NCBI RefSeq assembly: GCF_028641065.1
Contig: NC_073408.1
Location: 13,516,001 to 13,580,000, forward strand
DNA length: 64,000 nucleotides
From: Leucoraja erinacea
Taxonomy: Eukaryota
Direction of reading: 5' to 3'
The position numbers and the translations under genes were made by a program. Shown here in pieces: positions 24,295 through 37,597 of the stretch (position 1 is its first letter; every line of letters begins with the position of its first letter). The notes under the pieces were generated by a model. That model searched no databases, was not told where the DNA came from, and saw only the letters and a program-made list of their open reading frames with translations.

Positions 24295-25494
24295 CTAGGT
24301 AGACCAAAATGCTGGAGAAACTCAGCGGGTGAGGCAGCATCTATGGAGCGAAGGAATAGGTGAAGTTTCGGACTTCTTCTGACTGATGTGGGGGTGGGGG
24401 GGGAGGGGGGGAGGAGCTGGAAGAAGAAAGGAATAGGCGGAGACAGTGGGCTGTTGGAGAGCAGTGAAGAGGGAAAAAGCACAGACACATGAAGTTGGAG
24501 AAGTCAATGTTCATGCCGTTGGGGTGTAAACTACCCAAGCGAAATATGAGGTGCTGCTGCTCCAATTTGCGGTGGGACTCACTCTGGCCATGGAGGAGGC
24601 CCAGGCCAAAAAGGTTGGATTTGGAATGGGAGGGGGAGTGGGAGGGGGAGTTGAAGTGCTGAGCCACTGGAAGATCAGGTTGGTTATAACGAACTGAGCA
24701 GAGGTGTTGGATGAAACGATCGCCAAGGCTGCGCTTGGTCTCAACGATGTAGAGCAGTTGACACCAAGAACAGCAAATGCAATAGATGAGGTTGGAGGAG
24801 GTGCAGGTGAACCTCTATCTCCCCTGGAAAGACTGCTTGGGTCCTTGGATGGAGTTGAGGGGGGAGGTAAAGCGACAAGTGTAGCATTTCTGGCGGTTGC
24901 AAGGGAAAGTACCAGGGGAGGGGGTGGTTTGGGTGGGAAGAGACAAATTGACCAGGGATTTATGGAGGGAGTGGTCTCTGCGGAAAGCTGAAAGGGGAGG
25001 AGATGGGAAGATGTGGCCAGTGGTGGGATCCCGTTGGAGGTGGCAAAAATGTCGAAGGATAATCTGTTGTATGTGACGGCTGGTAGGGTGGAAGGTGAGG
25101 ATAAAGGGGTCTCTGCCCTTGTTATGAGTGGGGGGATAGGGAGTGAGAGCAGAGCTACGGGATATAGAGGAGACCTTGGTGAGAGCCTCATCTATAGTCG
25201 AAGAGGGGAACCCCCGTTCCCTAAAGAAAGAGGATTTCTCTGATGCCCTGGTTTGGAACCAGGGCATCAGAGATGCAGATGGTTTGGAACCTCATCCTGG
25301 GTGCAGATGCGGCATAGACGGAGGAATTGGGAGTAGGGGATGGAGTCCTTACAGGAAGCAGGGTGGGAAGACGTTTAGTCCAGATAGCCATGGGAGTCAG
25401 TGGGTTTGTAGTAGATGTCAGTCAGCAGTCTGTTACCTGCGATGGAGGTAACTACAGACAGATTTTTCCAGCATCTGCAGTTCTTTCTTAAACA
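24295..25494 (-). mobile_element. Truncated Penelope retrotransposon (RT C-terminus/linker plus GIY-YIG endonuclease pseudogene and pLTR)
   Basis: FFRERGFPSSTID...TFPCNRQKCYTC...RFTCTSSNLIYCICCSWCQLLYIVETKRSLGDRFIQHL..PVAQHFN; in-frame stop; TSD actgtaatctta at 24283-24294 and 25495-25506. Confidence 0.92.
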
Positions 25495-26214
25495 ACTGTA
25501 ATCTTATTTGTTTATTATCATCCAAAGGGTCACTGCTCCAACTCTTAAATGTGTGAAGCATTTATTTTCTATCCTTGCAGTTTGTTTTACACTGCCCAAA
25601 CCTTTTGCCTAATTTATTTTATATACCTCTGAACTGAATAAAACCCTGCTAACTGATGTTTTCCCCCAGCTGTTATCTGCAGCTGGATGCAATTAATAAT
25701 ACAATTTCTAGTCGTAGAGGGTGTTACATTTTTCATTAACGGTGCAATCTATCAGTGCAAACTTGTAAATCTGTAGTTTTGCATATATTGCAAATTAGAC
25801 GTATGAATGAATATGGTCCCAAATAGCACAATATGTACTGGGCTATTTTTTGATGTGTATCGATGGGAAAAAGGTAAAGCTGGATGTTTTTTGAAGACTT
25901 CATCTTTAATCTGTCTGGCATTCAAGCAGCAGGAACTGTTGAAATTTCAGACAAACAGAATCAGAGTTTGCATGCTATTGCCGGAAACAAATGATGTAAC
26001 CCTTAGAAGGAAACATTTCACCAATGAAGCTAGCATTTTGCTATCTGCCCTCATGTTGGTCTCACATGTGGATATGTTCTGGAAACCTCCATTTTGAACT
26101 GCGGCATTCAAATTTGACATTCATCCTCAGGCACGAAATGTTTGCAGCAAGTCAAGATAGTTGTGGTCAACTAATCAAGTAAGTTTAAAAAATGTTAAAA
26201 TGTACAATATTATC

Positions 26215-26560
26215 TGTGGCAGGTCACGTCTTGCTAACTTAATTGTGTTTTTTGATAGATTGATGAAGGTGCGGGTAGTGGATTTGGCTACATTAACTTT
26301 AGTAAGACATTTGATAAAAATCACTCTTGGTAGGCTGCTCGAGGGAACAAAATGTTTGTGATCCATAGTGACTTGGTTGTTTGGATTCCGAACTAGCTTA
26401 CTCATCAAAGATAGAGGATTGTGCTGGAAGTATATGGAGTATATGGAGTTCTGTGACTGTGATCAGTTGGCTGATTGGCGGATGGAAATTATGGCTTTGC
26501 AGAAGATGCAGACGAGGTTTATCAGAATGCTGTAAGGATTAGAGAGGTTGTAAAAAGTTG
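26215..26560 (+). mobile_element. Old CR1 RT fragment
   Basis: GRSRLANLIVFFD...DL..LTLVRHLIK resembles CR1 RT (GRSCLTNLIEFF...DFSKAFDK). Confidence 0.55.
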
Positions 26561-28049
26561 GAATGGTTTCCCTGGTCAGGGGTTGATTTCCCTGGTGAGG
26601 TTGTAGCTTTACCGTCTGATATCAGGTGCCTCTGGTGTCACTTAAAAGGCCATTCTTCAAGCATTGGCTCCAGTAATGAGCAACCGATGGTCACTTGGTT
26701 GTGTTTGACATTATTGATGGCCTTTATCCTATCTTCAGCTGACAATGTGCACGTAGTACGCCGTGGAACTACCTTCTAACTAGTAAAATGGGAATATTTG
26801 AGTTATCATGAAATCCTAGTTCTTGGACCGAATTTTTGGCCATCGATTTTAATGTCAGATAGAATGTTTTTTACTATGTCAAGGGTATTTGTGAAATGAG
26901 GTGGGGACCGTAGAAAACCATGGATTAAAAACTCTGGCACAGATTAGTTTGCTGATGTTGATCTGTGGCACATACTTATTGCACTGTTACTTTTACAACA
27001 TTGATCTTTCAATTTTACATTTTTCATATTATACAATCATATTGTCAGATGTTTACACAGTATTCTTGTATTTCTAAATGCCCATTAGATTAAAGTAAAG
27101 AATGGATTAACTGGATAACCACTTTTTTCGGTCGGTGGGGGCACCCTGTCAGCAGTGTGTTAGTTTTTTTCAACTTTTCATATCATGCCTATCTGAATAC
27201 AAACTACGATGGAAAAGAGCGGGGACAAAGAAGTTGGAAAGGTACAATAATTAAGTGGCAAAAGCTGTATTGGGTAGATTTAATGCAGGAAAGTATAGCT
27301 ATAAAAAAAATCTAGATCAGAGTTTCTTCAAAGTGATGAAAAGCCAGAAGGAACGATAGAGATATGCCTGCGATAACACAAAGCAAGACTTGTGTCTGAG
27401 TTATTTTTAAGCAATAGGAATTTACTGTATCTCAAGCTTCCACATGTTCTTCATATCAGTTCATATTTTAAGTTCAAATATGAAACACATTTCTCTTGCG
27501 GTTATAATACAATTGTATACTTACAATAGAAAGTCTATTATTTAAATCCATGAATGATAAATATCGATGGGTCCCAGAAGAATTCTTCTGCAGACATTTT
27601 CCTCAATCCTAGAATTGTTTTTCACCCAGGGAGCCTGCTAATTTACCTTATCTTCCTCCTGTAAAGATCCCAATAGCTGAAATCTCAGTATAATGGATGC
27701 ATTAAGTCATTTAAATGGCCATTTATTGTTTTTTTGTGATTTGCTGGCATTTTTAGTTTGAATCAATATTTATTGATTGTCACGTATTTTTAGTTTGACA
27801 CATCACATTTTCAAAATTATGTTGCTTTCAAGGCTCTTTTTCAAACAAAAATGCAGTTTGAATTTCACTCGTAGCATTAATGATGCATTTAAACGAGAGG
27901 AGTGCTGTTCATTTGCAGCCTGCAAATAAATACCATCATCCATAAATTAAACAATGTCACCCACTTCTATGGACTAGTATGAGATGCTATATTTTCAAAT
28001 CAATTCTGGTTTTGACCAGAAATCAATTTTAGAACACATACATTTCTGA

Positions 28050-28610
28050 ACTGCTGGTGTGAGTACACACCAGCAGAGAATTGCAGGTATCGCACCCGCC
28101 AAGCTTTGCAGCGAGTACTTCACACACAGGCTGGTGTGCAAGGCCATTGGATGCCAAACATCCATTGTACCACCTCACAGCAACTGGGACCTTAATGCCT
28201 GTCATCTCGTCGCCCCTTCTCCCGTCACACAGCGATCCTCTGTTGCTCCCGTTTCAACACACTAGGAGCATGGAGAACCAGCCGGGAACAGACTTTTCGG
28301 ACTCCTCAATTCACTGTTGCACCGAACACCACAGCCCCAGCCGGCTCGGACCTGACCCGAAAAGAGTGGGTTGCCCTGAACCGGCTCCATACGGAGGTCG
28401 ACCGGTTCAACGCCTACATGCATCGCTGGGGGCTGCGTTCATCAGCAGCCTGCATGTATGGAACAGATCAGCAAACAGCGTAGCACGTCATTTTTGACTG
28501 CGCTGTCAACTGCCCCCCCTGGTGGAGGGGTAGACCTCATGGCTCTCGACAACAGCACATTGAACTGGCTACAGCGCCATAACCTCTGCTGCCTCAAATG
28601 CAAGATGAAG
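28050..28610 (+). mobile_element. Vingi/Ingi-like LINE C-terminal fragment
   Basis: IAGIAPA..., HPLY, PAGSDLTRKEWVALNRLHTEVDRFNAYMHRWG...C.YG..QTA*HVIFDC; frameshifted. Confidence 0.7.
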
Positions 28611-29029
28611 TAAACAGAACAACTAGAAACATTCAGATAGATTGTTAACACAATCATCTTCATAGAAAATCACTGCTGAATGGATGAAAAGATTCAAGGT
28701 TGTTGAAAAACAACTAATTCCCGATAGTTTCTGGCTCTTGTGTACATAAAATGGAAATGGAGCATTTGTGGTGGTATTGAGAAACTCGGAGTCATGCATC
28801 AGGAACCCACAAATGGCTGTGAAATGGGTGGAATGAGAAGACTAGCTCACAAACTTCTCTTTGCCTGCACCTCTTGATCCTTTCTGTGGTTCCCACACTG
28901 TCTTCATCAACTACTTCCACTCTACCAAACCAAAGTGCAAGTTGTTGATTCTGAAGAACTGCCTCAGAAAAAGACTAAAACATGATTTTTTTTTCTTTGT
29001 ATAAACATTTGACCAATTAATCCATTATA

Positions 29030-29365
29030 CTATGAGAGGAATAGATAGGGTGGACAGTCAGAACCATTTTCCCAGGGTGGAAATGTCCAACACTAACGGG
29101 CATAGCTATGTGAGGGGGCAAGTTTAATGGAGATGTGTGGGGCAGGTATTTTACACAGAGAGTAGCGGGAGGCCTGGAACACATAGCCAGGGGTGGCGGT
29201 GGAGGCGGAAATGATTAAGAGGCTTTTAGATAGACACATGAAAGAGCTGCGAATAAAGGGATATGGATCATGTGTAGGCAGATTAACTTGGCATCATGTT
29301 CAGCACAAACATTATTGGCCGACAGACATATTACTGTACTTTACCGTTCTATGTTTTACGTTCTA
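29030..29365 (+). mobile_element. CR1/HER1 LINE 3' fragment
   Basis: Homologous to 8535-8915; ttctatgttttacgttcta tail. Confidence 0.75.
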
Positions 29366-29671
29366 CTAAGCCAGGTGTGGTCACCAACCTTTTGTTATCC
29401 ATCCACTTCCTGTGAGGTTTTTCACTGCATCTTGCTCCAGTCAACCATCGAAAGTGGGTAGTGCTCTTCATAGACAAGTCATTGGCTACATTATCACCCT
29501 TCCAAGTTACAGCATAATTTTTGAACAGGACGGATCCCTCTCCAGATGTTGATTTTCAGCCTACTGTTTTGTTGCAATGAATTAAAACTTTATCTTTAAC
29601 AGGATGCTTATTGAACAATAGAGAATTTGCAGCTTTTTCGGATGAGATTGGCTCCTGACTGATGTCAAACT

Positions 29672-29765
29672 AGTTGAAGAAGAGCCCCGACCAAAAATGT
29701 CACCCACCAATGATGTCCAGAAATGTTGCCTGACTCACTGAGTTATACCAGCACTTTGTGTCCTA
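29672..29765 (+). mobile_element. Decayed solo pLTR copy
   Basis: tgaagaagagccccgaccaaaaatgtcacc...ctgagttataccagcactttgtgtc. Confidence 0.6.
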
Positions 29766-31809
29766 TTGCTCCCAACCATTTGATGTGTGTTCCTGTATGA
29801 TATACTCTTAGCTTCTGATGAAGAAGGATATTAGATACCACTACCATGTAGTGACTGCTCCATTTTGGGGCTTTTTCTGCAGCAGAAATGAGATAGTAAT
29901 TTGAATGGAAACCACAATAATTTGCCATTAGAGACTTTACATTATGTATGCTAGAAATGGTAATAGAAACACGCATAATATAATGTTTTTCACATTGTCA
30001 CTTGTGATTGATAATTTTGATTTATTTTTAATTATGTTTTTTCTATTATGGATATGGATAAGAATGGTGTGAGTGATTCTGATTTCATTTTATGTTAGCT
30101 GAAGGAAACATTTTTATGCTTGGCAATAGATTAAAAGATAACCTCTATGTGCACCAAAATAAATGATTGATCCTTTATGAAAAAATAATACGAACGGTGC
30201 ACTTGACATACAGGGAAGGTAGTCTGGATTAATGGGCTTCACTCCAGAGGGGATTAAGCTATGTTTATCCCCTTTCTAGGTTGCCACTGGAGACTTGCGT
30301 ATGGCAACCAGCATAACATGCAGAAAATAGCTTTCAACGAGTAAGTGATGAATGTGCAAACCGCAGAAACTCACTTAATGCAACCCTCCCTTTGTGGCCA
30401 GGCATAATTATATTTTTGTTAACTGTAATAAAACTGCATTATATGAAATTGCCAAGGACTAAATGAAATGATGTATTTGTTAGACTGCTGAAGATTAGGG
30501 TCTACAGTTTGCATCAACAGAAACACCTTGCAACCAACAAAATATATCTCTCAGTGTAATTTACCAAGAACATCTGGCACTCCTTCTGTTAAACAGAATA
30601 CATTACCATCATTAACCAGACTTGCATCAAGTTACAATCCTCATCTGCACTTTTGCTACAAAACTTTCACATTTCTTATCACCTATTCAGTGCTTCTCTT
30701 GGGTCAAAGTAAAGGTTCCAATTGCACAATTTCAACTAAGAGGGTGGAAACTGCCTTCAATGTTCTGGGAGGTAATATTTGATCCTCAATCACTTAAATA
30801 ACGTTTCCACAGTTTTCCTTATGAAATGGTTGTGCTACATTCACAATATGGAAAACCCTGGAAAAGTATTTTATTGGTTGTATGCAATTTGGAATATCCT
30901 GAGCTCACAAAAGGTGCTATCAAAATGCAGGTGCGTCTTTTTTCTTCAAATGATAGCAAAAATAAATGCATTGAGCACACAATGGACTTCTTCCACTATC
31001 ACTACCTGAATGTCACAAAATACTGTGAATATATTTATATTTGAAGCAGGATTGCGAAGATTGGTAACCTTAACTAGGTTTTAACTGGAGGTAAATGTGA
31101 TTGTACATTGCAGGATGAAAGATGTGATCATGTATGAATGCATGCATGCATGTATCTATATCACATTACAAATGGGAACTTATGCTTGGAAATATTTTCA
31201 AGGCTGGAGAAAAACCCTTGGGATTTGGTTCAAACTCATGATGTTCTTTGAGTTAACCTTGAATGTGCTCCACACTATCAATTATTCTCTATGTGGCACA
31301 TCAGGAGGTTCAGAAACAAGCATAAATCACAAGAAGAAAATGGAAATAAATGTATTAACACTTGCTGAACCCTTCCTACTCTGCCTTGGGATACCACACT
31401 GTTAAACATTTTCATTCACATGAAAATAGCAGTTTGTTAAACGTCTTGTGTGTGAACCATTTTAGCGACCACTCAGTGAATTATGAATTCTTGTTTTGCC
31501 CATGTATTTTTGAAATTGCAGAAAAAAAACAAGTCGAATCACAAATCATTTTAAACTGTACAAAGTGTGGAGAAGGTTATTGTTTGTAGATATGTATAAT
31601 TGTTAGGCAATTATGTAAGGCAGACTGGATAGCAACAAAAGTTTTTCACTGTACCTCGGTACACCTGACAATAAACTAAAATGTATCGCCTTTCCCACCA
31701 TCCCATTCTTGGTGAGACTGTTCACCGGGTGCAGTAAAGCAACAAATTTATCTGAATAATATGCAGGTCCTCACCAGGTTACGACAGAGTTCTGTTCCTG
31801 AGAACTATT

Positions 31810-32039
31810 TTTTTTTGTTTTTTGTTTTTTTGTTTTTGTTTTTCTTCTCTTTCTTTTCTTTCTTTACTTCATCTATCTCTTTAGTTCTATCTAGTTTAAA
31901 AAAAAGGAAGAAAAAGGCAAAAGGTATTGGAGATAATGTAATAATAACTGACAATATTATCAATGTAAAAATGTAAGACAGTAATGATGTAATAGGTTAT
32001 GTACCTATCTCCAATAAAAAATATTTTCAAAAAAAAAAA
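31810..32039 (+). mobile_element. Severely truncated L1 3' UTR with poly-A
   Basis: Same T-rich, A-rich, aataaa, poly-A layout as 19630-19848; TSD agaactatt at 31801-31809 and 32040-32048. Confidence 0.8.
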
Positions 32040-32291
32040 AGAACTATTGCAAACAGTTCACAAGTCAGAAATGTGGCTTCCTGGCAATGCATTTAAATAA
32101 AAATATAGGCTAACCAAGGGCAGTGGGTAGTTAAGCCAGGCCATTTAGTTTAACCACTTCAATATGGCCATAAGCCAAATTTCCACACAGCAGAAGATAC
32201 CCGCAGTCCCACAGCAGCTGGCAAACCCATCCTGTTGGGTCTCTCAAACGCTCATTCCCATGAATGGGAAATCAGACATTGGTAACCTGGA

Positions 32292-32512
32292 AGGTACACA
32301 AAAAAGCTGGAGAAACGCAGCGGGTGCAGCAGCATCTATGGAGCGAAGGAAATGGGCAACGTTTCGGGCCGAAACCCTTCTTCAGTCTGAAGAAGGGTTT
32401 CGGCCCGAAACGTTGCCTATTTCCTTCGCTCCATAGATGCTGCTGTACCCGCTGAGTTTCTCCAGCTTTTTTATGTACCTTCGATTTTCCAGCATCTGCA
32501 GTTCCTTCTTAA
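32292..32512. mobile_element. Palindromic head-to-head pLTR dimer
   Basis: 95-bp arms 32291-32385 and 32387-32481 around one base; 16-bp TSD acattggtaacctgga at 32276-32291 and 32513-32528. Confidence 0.92.
32358..32414. ncRNA. Back-to-back hammerhead motifs (minus 32358-32385, plus 32387-32414)
   Basis: Both read CUGAAGA-A-GGGU(UUCG)GCCC-GAAAC-GUU. Confidence 0.7.
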
Positions 32513-32571
32513 ACATTGGTAACCTGGAGATGAACTGTACCAGAAAACTAAGTTTGCGTAAAGCATTGATA

Positions 32572-32926
32572 GCACTTCAACTCCCCCTCCCATTCCGTAT
32601 CCGACCTCTCTGTCCTGGGCCTCCTCCACGGCCAGAGTGAGCAACACCGTAAATTGGAGGAACAGCACCTCATATTCCGCTTGGGTAGTCTGCATCCTGG
32701 TGGCATGAACATTGAATTCTCACAATTCAGTTAACCCTTGCTGTCTCCTCCTCTTCCTACCTCTCCCTCAGCCCTCGGGCTCCTCCTCCTCGTTTTCCTT
32801 TCTTCTCCCTGCCTCCCCCTACCCCCTATCAGTCTGAAGAAGGGTTTTGGCCCGAAACATTGCCTATCTCCTTCACTCCATAGATGCTGCTGCACCCGCT
32901 GAGTTTCTCCAGCATTTTTGTGTACG
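32572..32926 (+). mobile_element. Penelope 3' fragment with pLTR hammerhead at 32834-32861
   Basis: HFNSPSHS..LSVLGLLHGQSE..RKLEEQHLIFRLGSLHPGGMNIEF; short TSD attgata. Confidence 0.88.
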
Positions 32927-33374
32927 ATTGATATCACCATCTGGACTTGCAGGCTGAGAGTTTTCTAGTCAGCTACATTGAACACTGCTTGGATACCAGT
33001 TTGGCCAGCATCAAATGCTTTGCACAGGATGTTATGAGCTATTTCCCACTGTGTGCCTGCATTTGACAGTCATCTACAGGTATTCCCTGGGTGAGTTAAG
33101 AGCCAGTTGAGTCATTGAATCCGCCTCTCTCCGTTGACACAAAATATAAGTCTGCTAACTGTCTTAAAATGGGGATAACGTGGATTTTAATTGCTGTTCT
33201 CAAGGTCCCAATCCACAGCCTATATGTTTACAATGCACACAGGTCTTTAGTGGAAACCACTGTGTAAATTTAACGAGAAACAGCTCATGTTTCAGGTCTG
33301 GGATCTCCCATTAGAACTGAGAAAGAGAGAAACAAGTCAGTCCAAGTTGTAGAGAGGGGGAGTGTGTAATAATA

Positions 33375-33560
33375 GTCATAGATCATCTCAGCATGGAAAC
33401 CGGCCATTCAGCACAAATCATCCATGCTGACCAAGATGCCCATCTAACCTAGTCAGATTCTCCCGCGCTAGGCCCATATCCCTCTCAGCCTTTTCTATCC
33501 ACACACGTGGCCAAGTATCTTTTAAATGTTGTTTTTTGTACTTGCCTCAACCACTTTCTT
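33375..33560 (-). mobile_element. Old CR1/HER1 3' tail
   Basis: gcatggaaaccggccattcagc...catctaacctagtc...ttttaaatgtt. Confidence 0.65.
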
Positions 33561-35732
33561 TGACAAAAGGTGGAGTAAATATATCCCTCTATCAGAGAAA
33601 TTCCCTTTGCTCCACCCATTGGCCTCACCCAACTGGTCTGCTCCCTAAACTAGTTTGTTGCTCTTTCTCCATTCTGGTGAAGGGTCCCAGATCCTTTCCA
33701 CAGATCCAGGTGAGATTTTTCACCCTGTTCTGTTATCGTTTTTGATTTCCTGCATCAGCAGTTTAAAAAATTGAAATCTGTGAAAATATGCTTCTGCAGT
33801 GAGTAAAGCTGGCTTGGCCAAAGACACCCATATCCTATTAATGGTTTTATTTGAAAAAGACAAATAATAAGTGTATACATCTGCAGTTAATTCAGGGTAA
33901 TTTGCTTCCTGCCTTGCACTTAGTACAGTGTTGTGAATATAACCATGGAATTTCTTCCCGGGCACTCTTGCCAATAGATTCAGGATCTTCCAATCTCACG
34001 TACAAATGCAAAAAGCAAAGTTCACTGCGGTTGACAATTGTAAAGCTATCTCAGTAGTCAGGGTAGCCTGAATCAGCAGGCATTCAGATTGACCTCTCTG
34101 GATGGGTGTTGCAAACCATGACCTATACAGAAAGCAAGAGCTTGAATAAAGTACTGGGGGCATTCATCCATCAACAGCCAATTGGGATACAACTACAGAA
34201 AGAGGTTAGTGCAGGTTGGTGCCAGATTCACTAAGCATTAAGCAGTTAATGAAGCGTATGGGATCTGGAGATTCATAAACAGATGCATTAGAGAACAAAA
34301 GCTACTGAATAGCTAAAATAAAATGCAGGTTAGGCACAGAGCATTGCATTCAATTCTAGTCATGTAATTTCAGTGCGTGTGCTAGGTTTCTGGAGAGGGA
34401 ATAGAAAGCATTTATGACATGGAATGAGGGATGAGATATTTCAAGCTGTGAAATTACATTAGAGAAACTATGGTTGTTCTTGGAACAAATAATTGTTTAG
34501 AGGAGATGCAAGAGAGGTTTACAGCATTGTGAACACAACATAAACAGAATGAAGTTGTTCCCATACTATTCAATGCTATGAGCACTGGATTAGCGTTGGG
34601 GGCAAAAGATGCAAGGGAAATTTGGGAGAAAAACATTTTTACGCAGAGTAGAGCTGTTCTCTCGAATTCAGTGCTTTTAATGGTGGTGGCAATTCAATGG
34701 ATCAAGGTTTTCAAGGGGGAATTAGAGAGGCAATTGAGTGAAAGTAACAGGTGTGTGAGTGCAATTGCTTTACTTGGAACCTACATCAAATTGTTGGGCT
34801 AAATGATCTTCTGGGGTGTAACTATTCCATGAGCCCTGCTTCAAAATGGTATTATGAAATTTGTGAATATCCCCCGGAGTGTGACAGAGGCAGTGCAATG
34901 GTCTTTTTGAGTATCTGTTATTATGCAGAATGGTACTATCGAAATGATAAAAGCAGCAGAAGTCTGAAGTGCAGAAGGACTTGACCGCCTTAGCGCACGA
35001 CTCACAAAAGGCTGGCATACAAGATGGTGATGAAAATAGGAAAGATAGCAGATTGGAATGTTCTATTTGTTCAGTGGAGTGAATGGCAGGTGCAGTCAAT
35101 GAAGAATCTTTGCTCATTAACAGAGCTTTCCAGACACTTGCATAGTTCTTCAAAGTTTGAGCTAATTCATATTTGTTACAAATTAGCAGGAGGAGGAAGA
35201 GGGAGAAGAAGTAGGGAATGGGCACGCACTACTAGACTAAACATCAAAAGAGAAGTGATATATTCTTCATTGCACTTGCAGGAGCAGGACCAGGATCAAT
35301 GTGCCGGGCACCTTTTCTCATGCACTAAACAGCCCTGTAATTACTCATTCACCCCTTGTTAATCCACCTATTAAGGCACATGATATAATTAACAGTCATC
35401 GTTAAATGGGTGAAACATGAGTAGATAATCAGAGAGCAATAACGAGCAAGATGTGGAACTGATGCTCATCAGTCAGCTTTAAAAGCCAGTATTAAAAAAA
35501 CATAGCACCAGATTTTGCCAAGTGCTACATGCATCCCTCTGGGGATTTCTTGACATTTTGCTTCCTAATGGTCTATCTGGGGATTTCATGAGGTTTTGAC
35601 AGAGGTAAGAACAGTGCCTGAATGTTAGGACTTTGTATGATGATTGTGAGCCATTAATGAATAATATTCCTTGCATAAGGTTTCTGGGATTTCCGCAAAT
35701 ACACCTGGAGTAAATTGCAGATACTGGAAATG

Positions 35733-36047
35733 TTCAGTTTAGTTTAGTTTATAGATACAGTGCGGAAACAGGTCCTTTGGCCCACCCGGTCGAAGCCAAC
35801 CAGCGGTTCCTGCATAATAACACTATCCTACACACACTAGGGACAATTTTTACCAAGCCAATTTACCTTTTCTACCTGTACATCTTTGGAGTGTGGTAGG
35901 AAACCGAAGATCTTGGAGAAAACACACACAGTTACGGGGAGGACGCACAGAGTCCATACGGACAGTTCCCGTCGGGATCAAACCCGGGATTCCGGTGCTG
36001 CAAGCATTGTAAGGCAGCAACTCTGCCACTGCGCCACTATGTTGCCC
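35733..36047 (-). mobile_element. HE1-type SINE
   Basis: (tttag)n tail; ggatcaaacccggg B box; gtaaggcagcaactct head. Confidence 0.88.
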
Positions 36048-36204
36048 TTAAAATTCAATTTATGTTATGACTTTGGGAGCTCTTTTGTTTTTTGGATCTT
36101 GGTGGTCTTGGACCCTGTATGCAAGCAAAGAGTCACCTGGAACAAAGGCAAGGCAATGGGGGAAAAGTGATGGCATTGTGTGAAGAGAAGGCAATTCCAT
36201 GGCC

Positions 36205-36460
36205 ACTTTCCACTTTGTTATTTGGAGTATTGTGTGCAGTTTTGGTCACCTCATTTGCGGAAGGATGTGGTGGCTTTGAAGAAGGTGCAGAATAGGTTCG
36301 CCAGGATGTTATCTGAATCAGACAGTATTAGCTCTAAGGAGAGGTTGGACAAACCTGCATTTATTTTTCGGGACTAGACTATTAACTGATTAGTTTGGTC
36401 GGTGCAGACATTGTGGACCAAAGCAGTTGATCTTGTGCTTTACTGATCCATGTTCTATGT
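36205..36460 (+). mobile_element. CR1 ORF2 fragment with internal deletion
   Basis: YLEYCVQFWSPHLRKDVVALKKVQNRFARML. Confidence 0.8.
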
Positions 36461-37597
36461 CCCCAGCTATTGATCTATCAGAGAGAGATCAGTGAAAAAT
36501 TACAAAGCCAAGGATAAGAAATTTGCACTGTGATTAAGGTGACAAACAAGTTGGCATCTAAAGCATTTATACCGATGGCCTGCATAAGCATTAGGGAACA
36601 GAAGTAACAGCTCCCGTTCTGGATTGGAGCACTCCAGCTATAGGGACCGACTCAATAGGATATATTTGTTTTCCCTGAGGCTGAGGGCTGACCTCATGGA
36701 GATGTTGGCGGTGCTGGCTTGAAGGGTCGAATGGCCTCCTCCTGCACCTATTTTCTATGTTTATATGTACAAAAGTATGAGGGAGATGAAACGTACATCA
36801 TTTAAAAAAAAACTTGCTATGTTTTGGGTAGCTTGCTTCAGTTACTGTGTGGTTACCGTAAACTCAATGTGTAGGAACTGATCCAGAATGTTGAAAAATG
36901 ACCACCAATGCAACTCTTCCTTCATCGTTCAGGATGAGGACGTGTCGTCTTAAATGCTGCAGTTGTACTAAGAGAGTGACACTCATAAAAGTCGCAAAGA
37001 CATAGATTACACAATATTACAACCGACTGGAGATTTCACAGCTAACTTTGTGTAAAATCCCAATAGCTTTCATTTGAGGCATTGATGTCATCAACCATGT
37101 TACAGAAGATGGGCAGGGACAGTCTATAAATGCTTCAAGTAATCTAATCAAAAGTGAGGAGTTTGTTTTTAAATAGTACATGATGACATTCTCTGCTCCT
37201 GAATTCTACCCCAGATGAGTTGTTAACATAACACATTCTTTACAAATAATTGAGCCTGGCAGTAACATAGAGAGGGGAGAAGAGAGTCGGCAATTGAAGC
37301 AAATGTCATGATTCAAGCAGGAAAATAAGCAATTTCATGTAAGCGGGAGGGTTTGTGTCACCAGATGAGTCATCGAGGACCAGATTCCGAGATCGATCCT
37401 TGGTGAAGTGGTGTCAATCTGGAGTCCAGACGATATTTAGTTTATATTGGAATAATGTCAGAAATGTTCAAGTAGGGGTGGTGCAGAGTGGTGCAGTTGT
37501 CCGAGCTGCTGTCTCACAGTGCAAGAGACCTTGGTTTGATCCTGACCTCGGGTGCTATCAGTGTGGAGTAGGCACGTTTTCCACAGTTGAGCACTAA

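Noticed and set aside
24511-25191. 226-aa Pro/Ser-rich ORF as a novel protein
   Set aside because: Alternative frame of the C-rich Penelope coding strand
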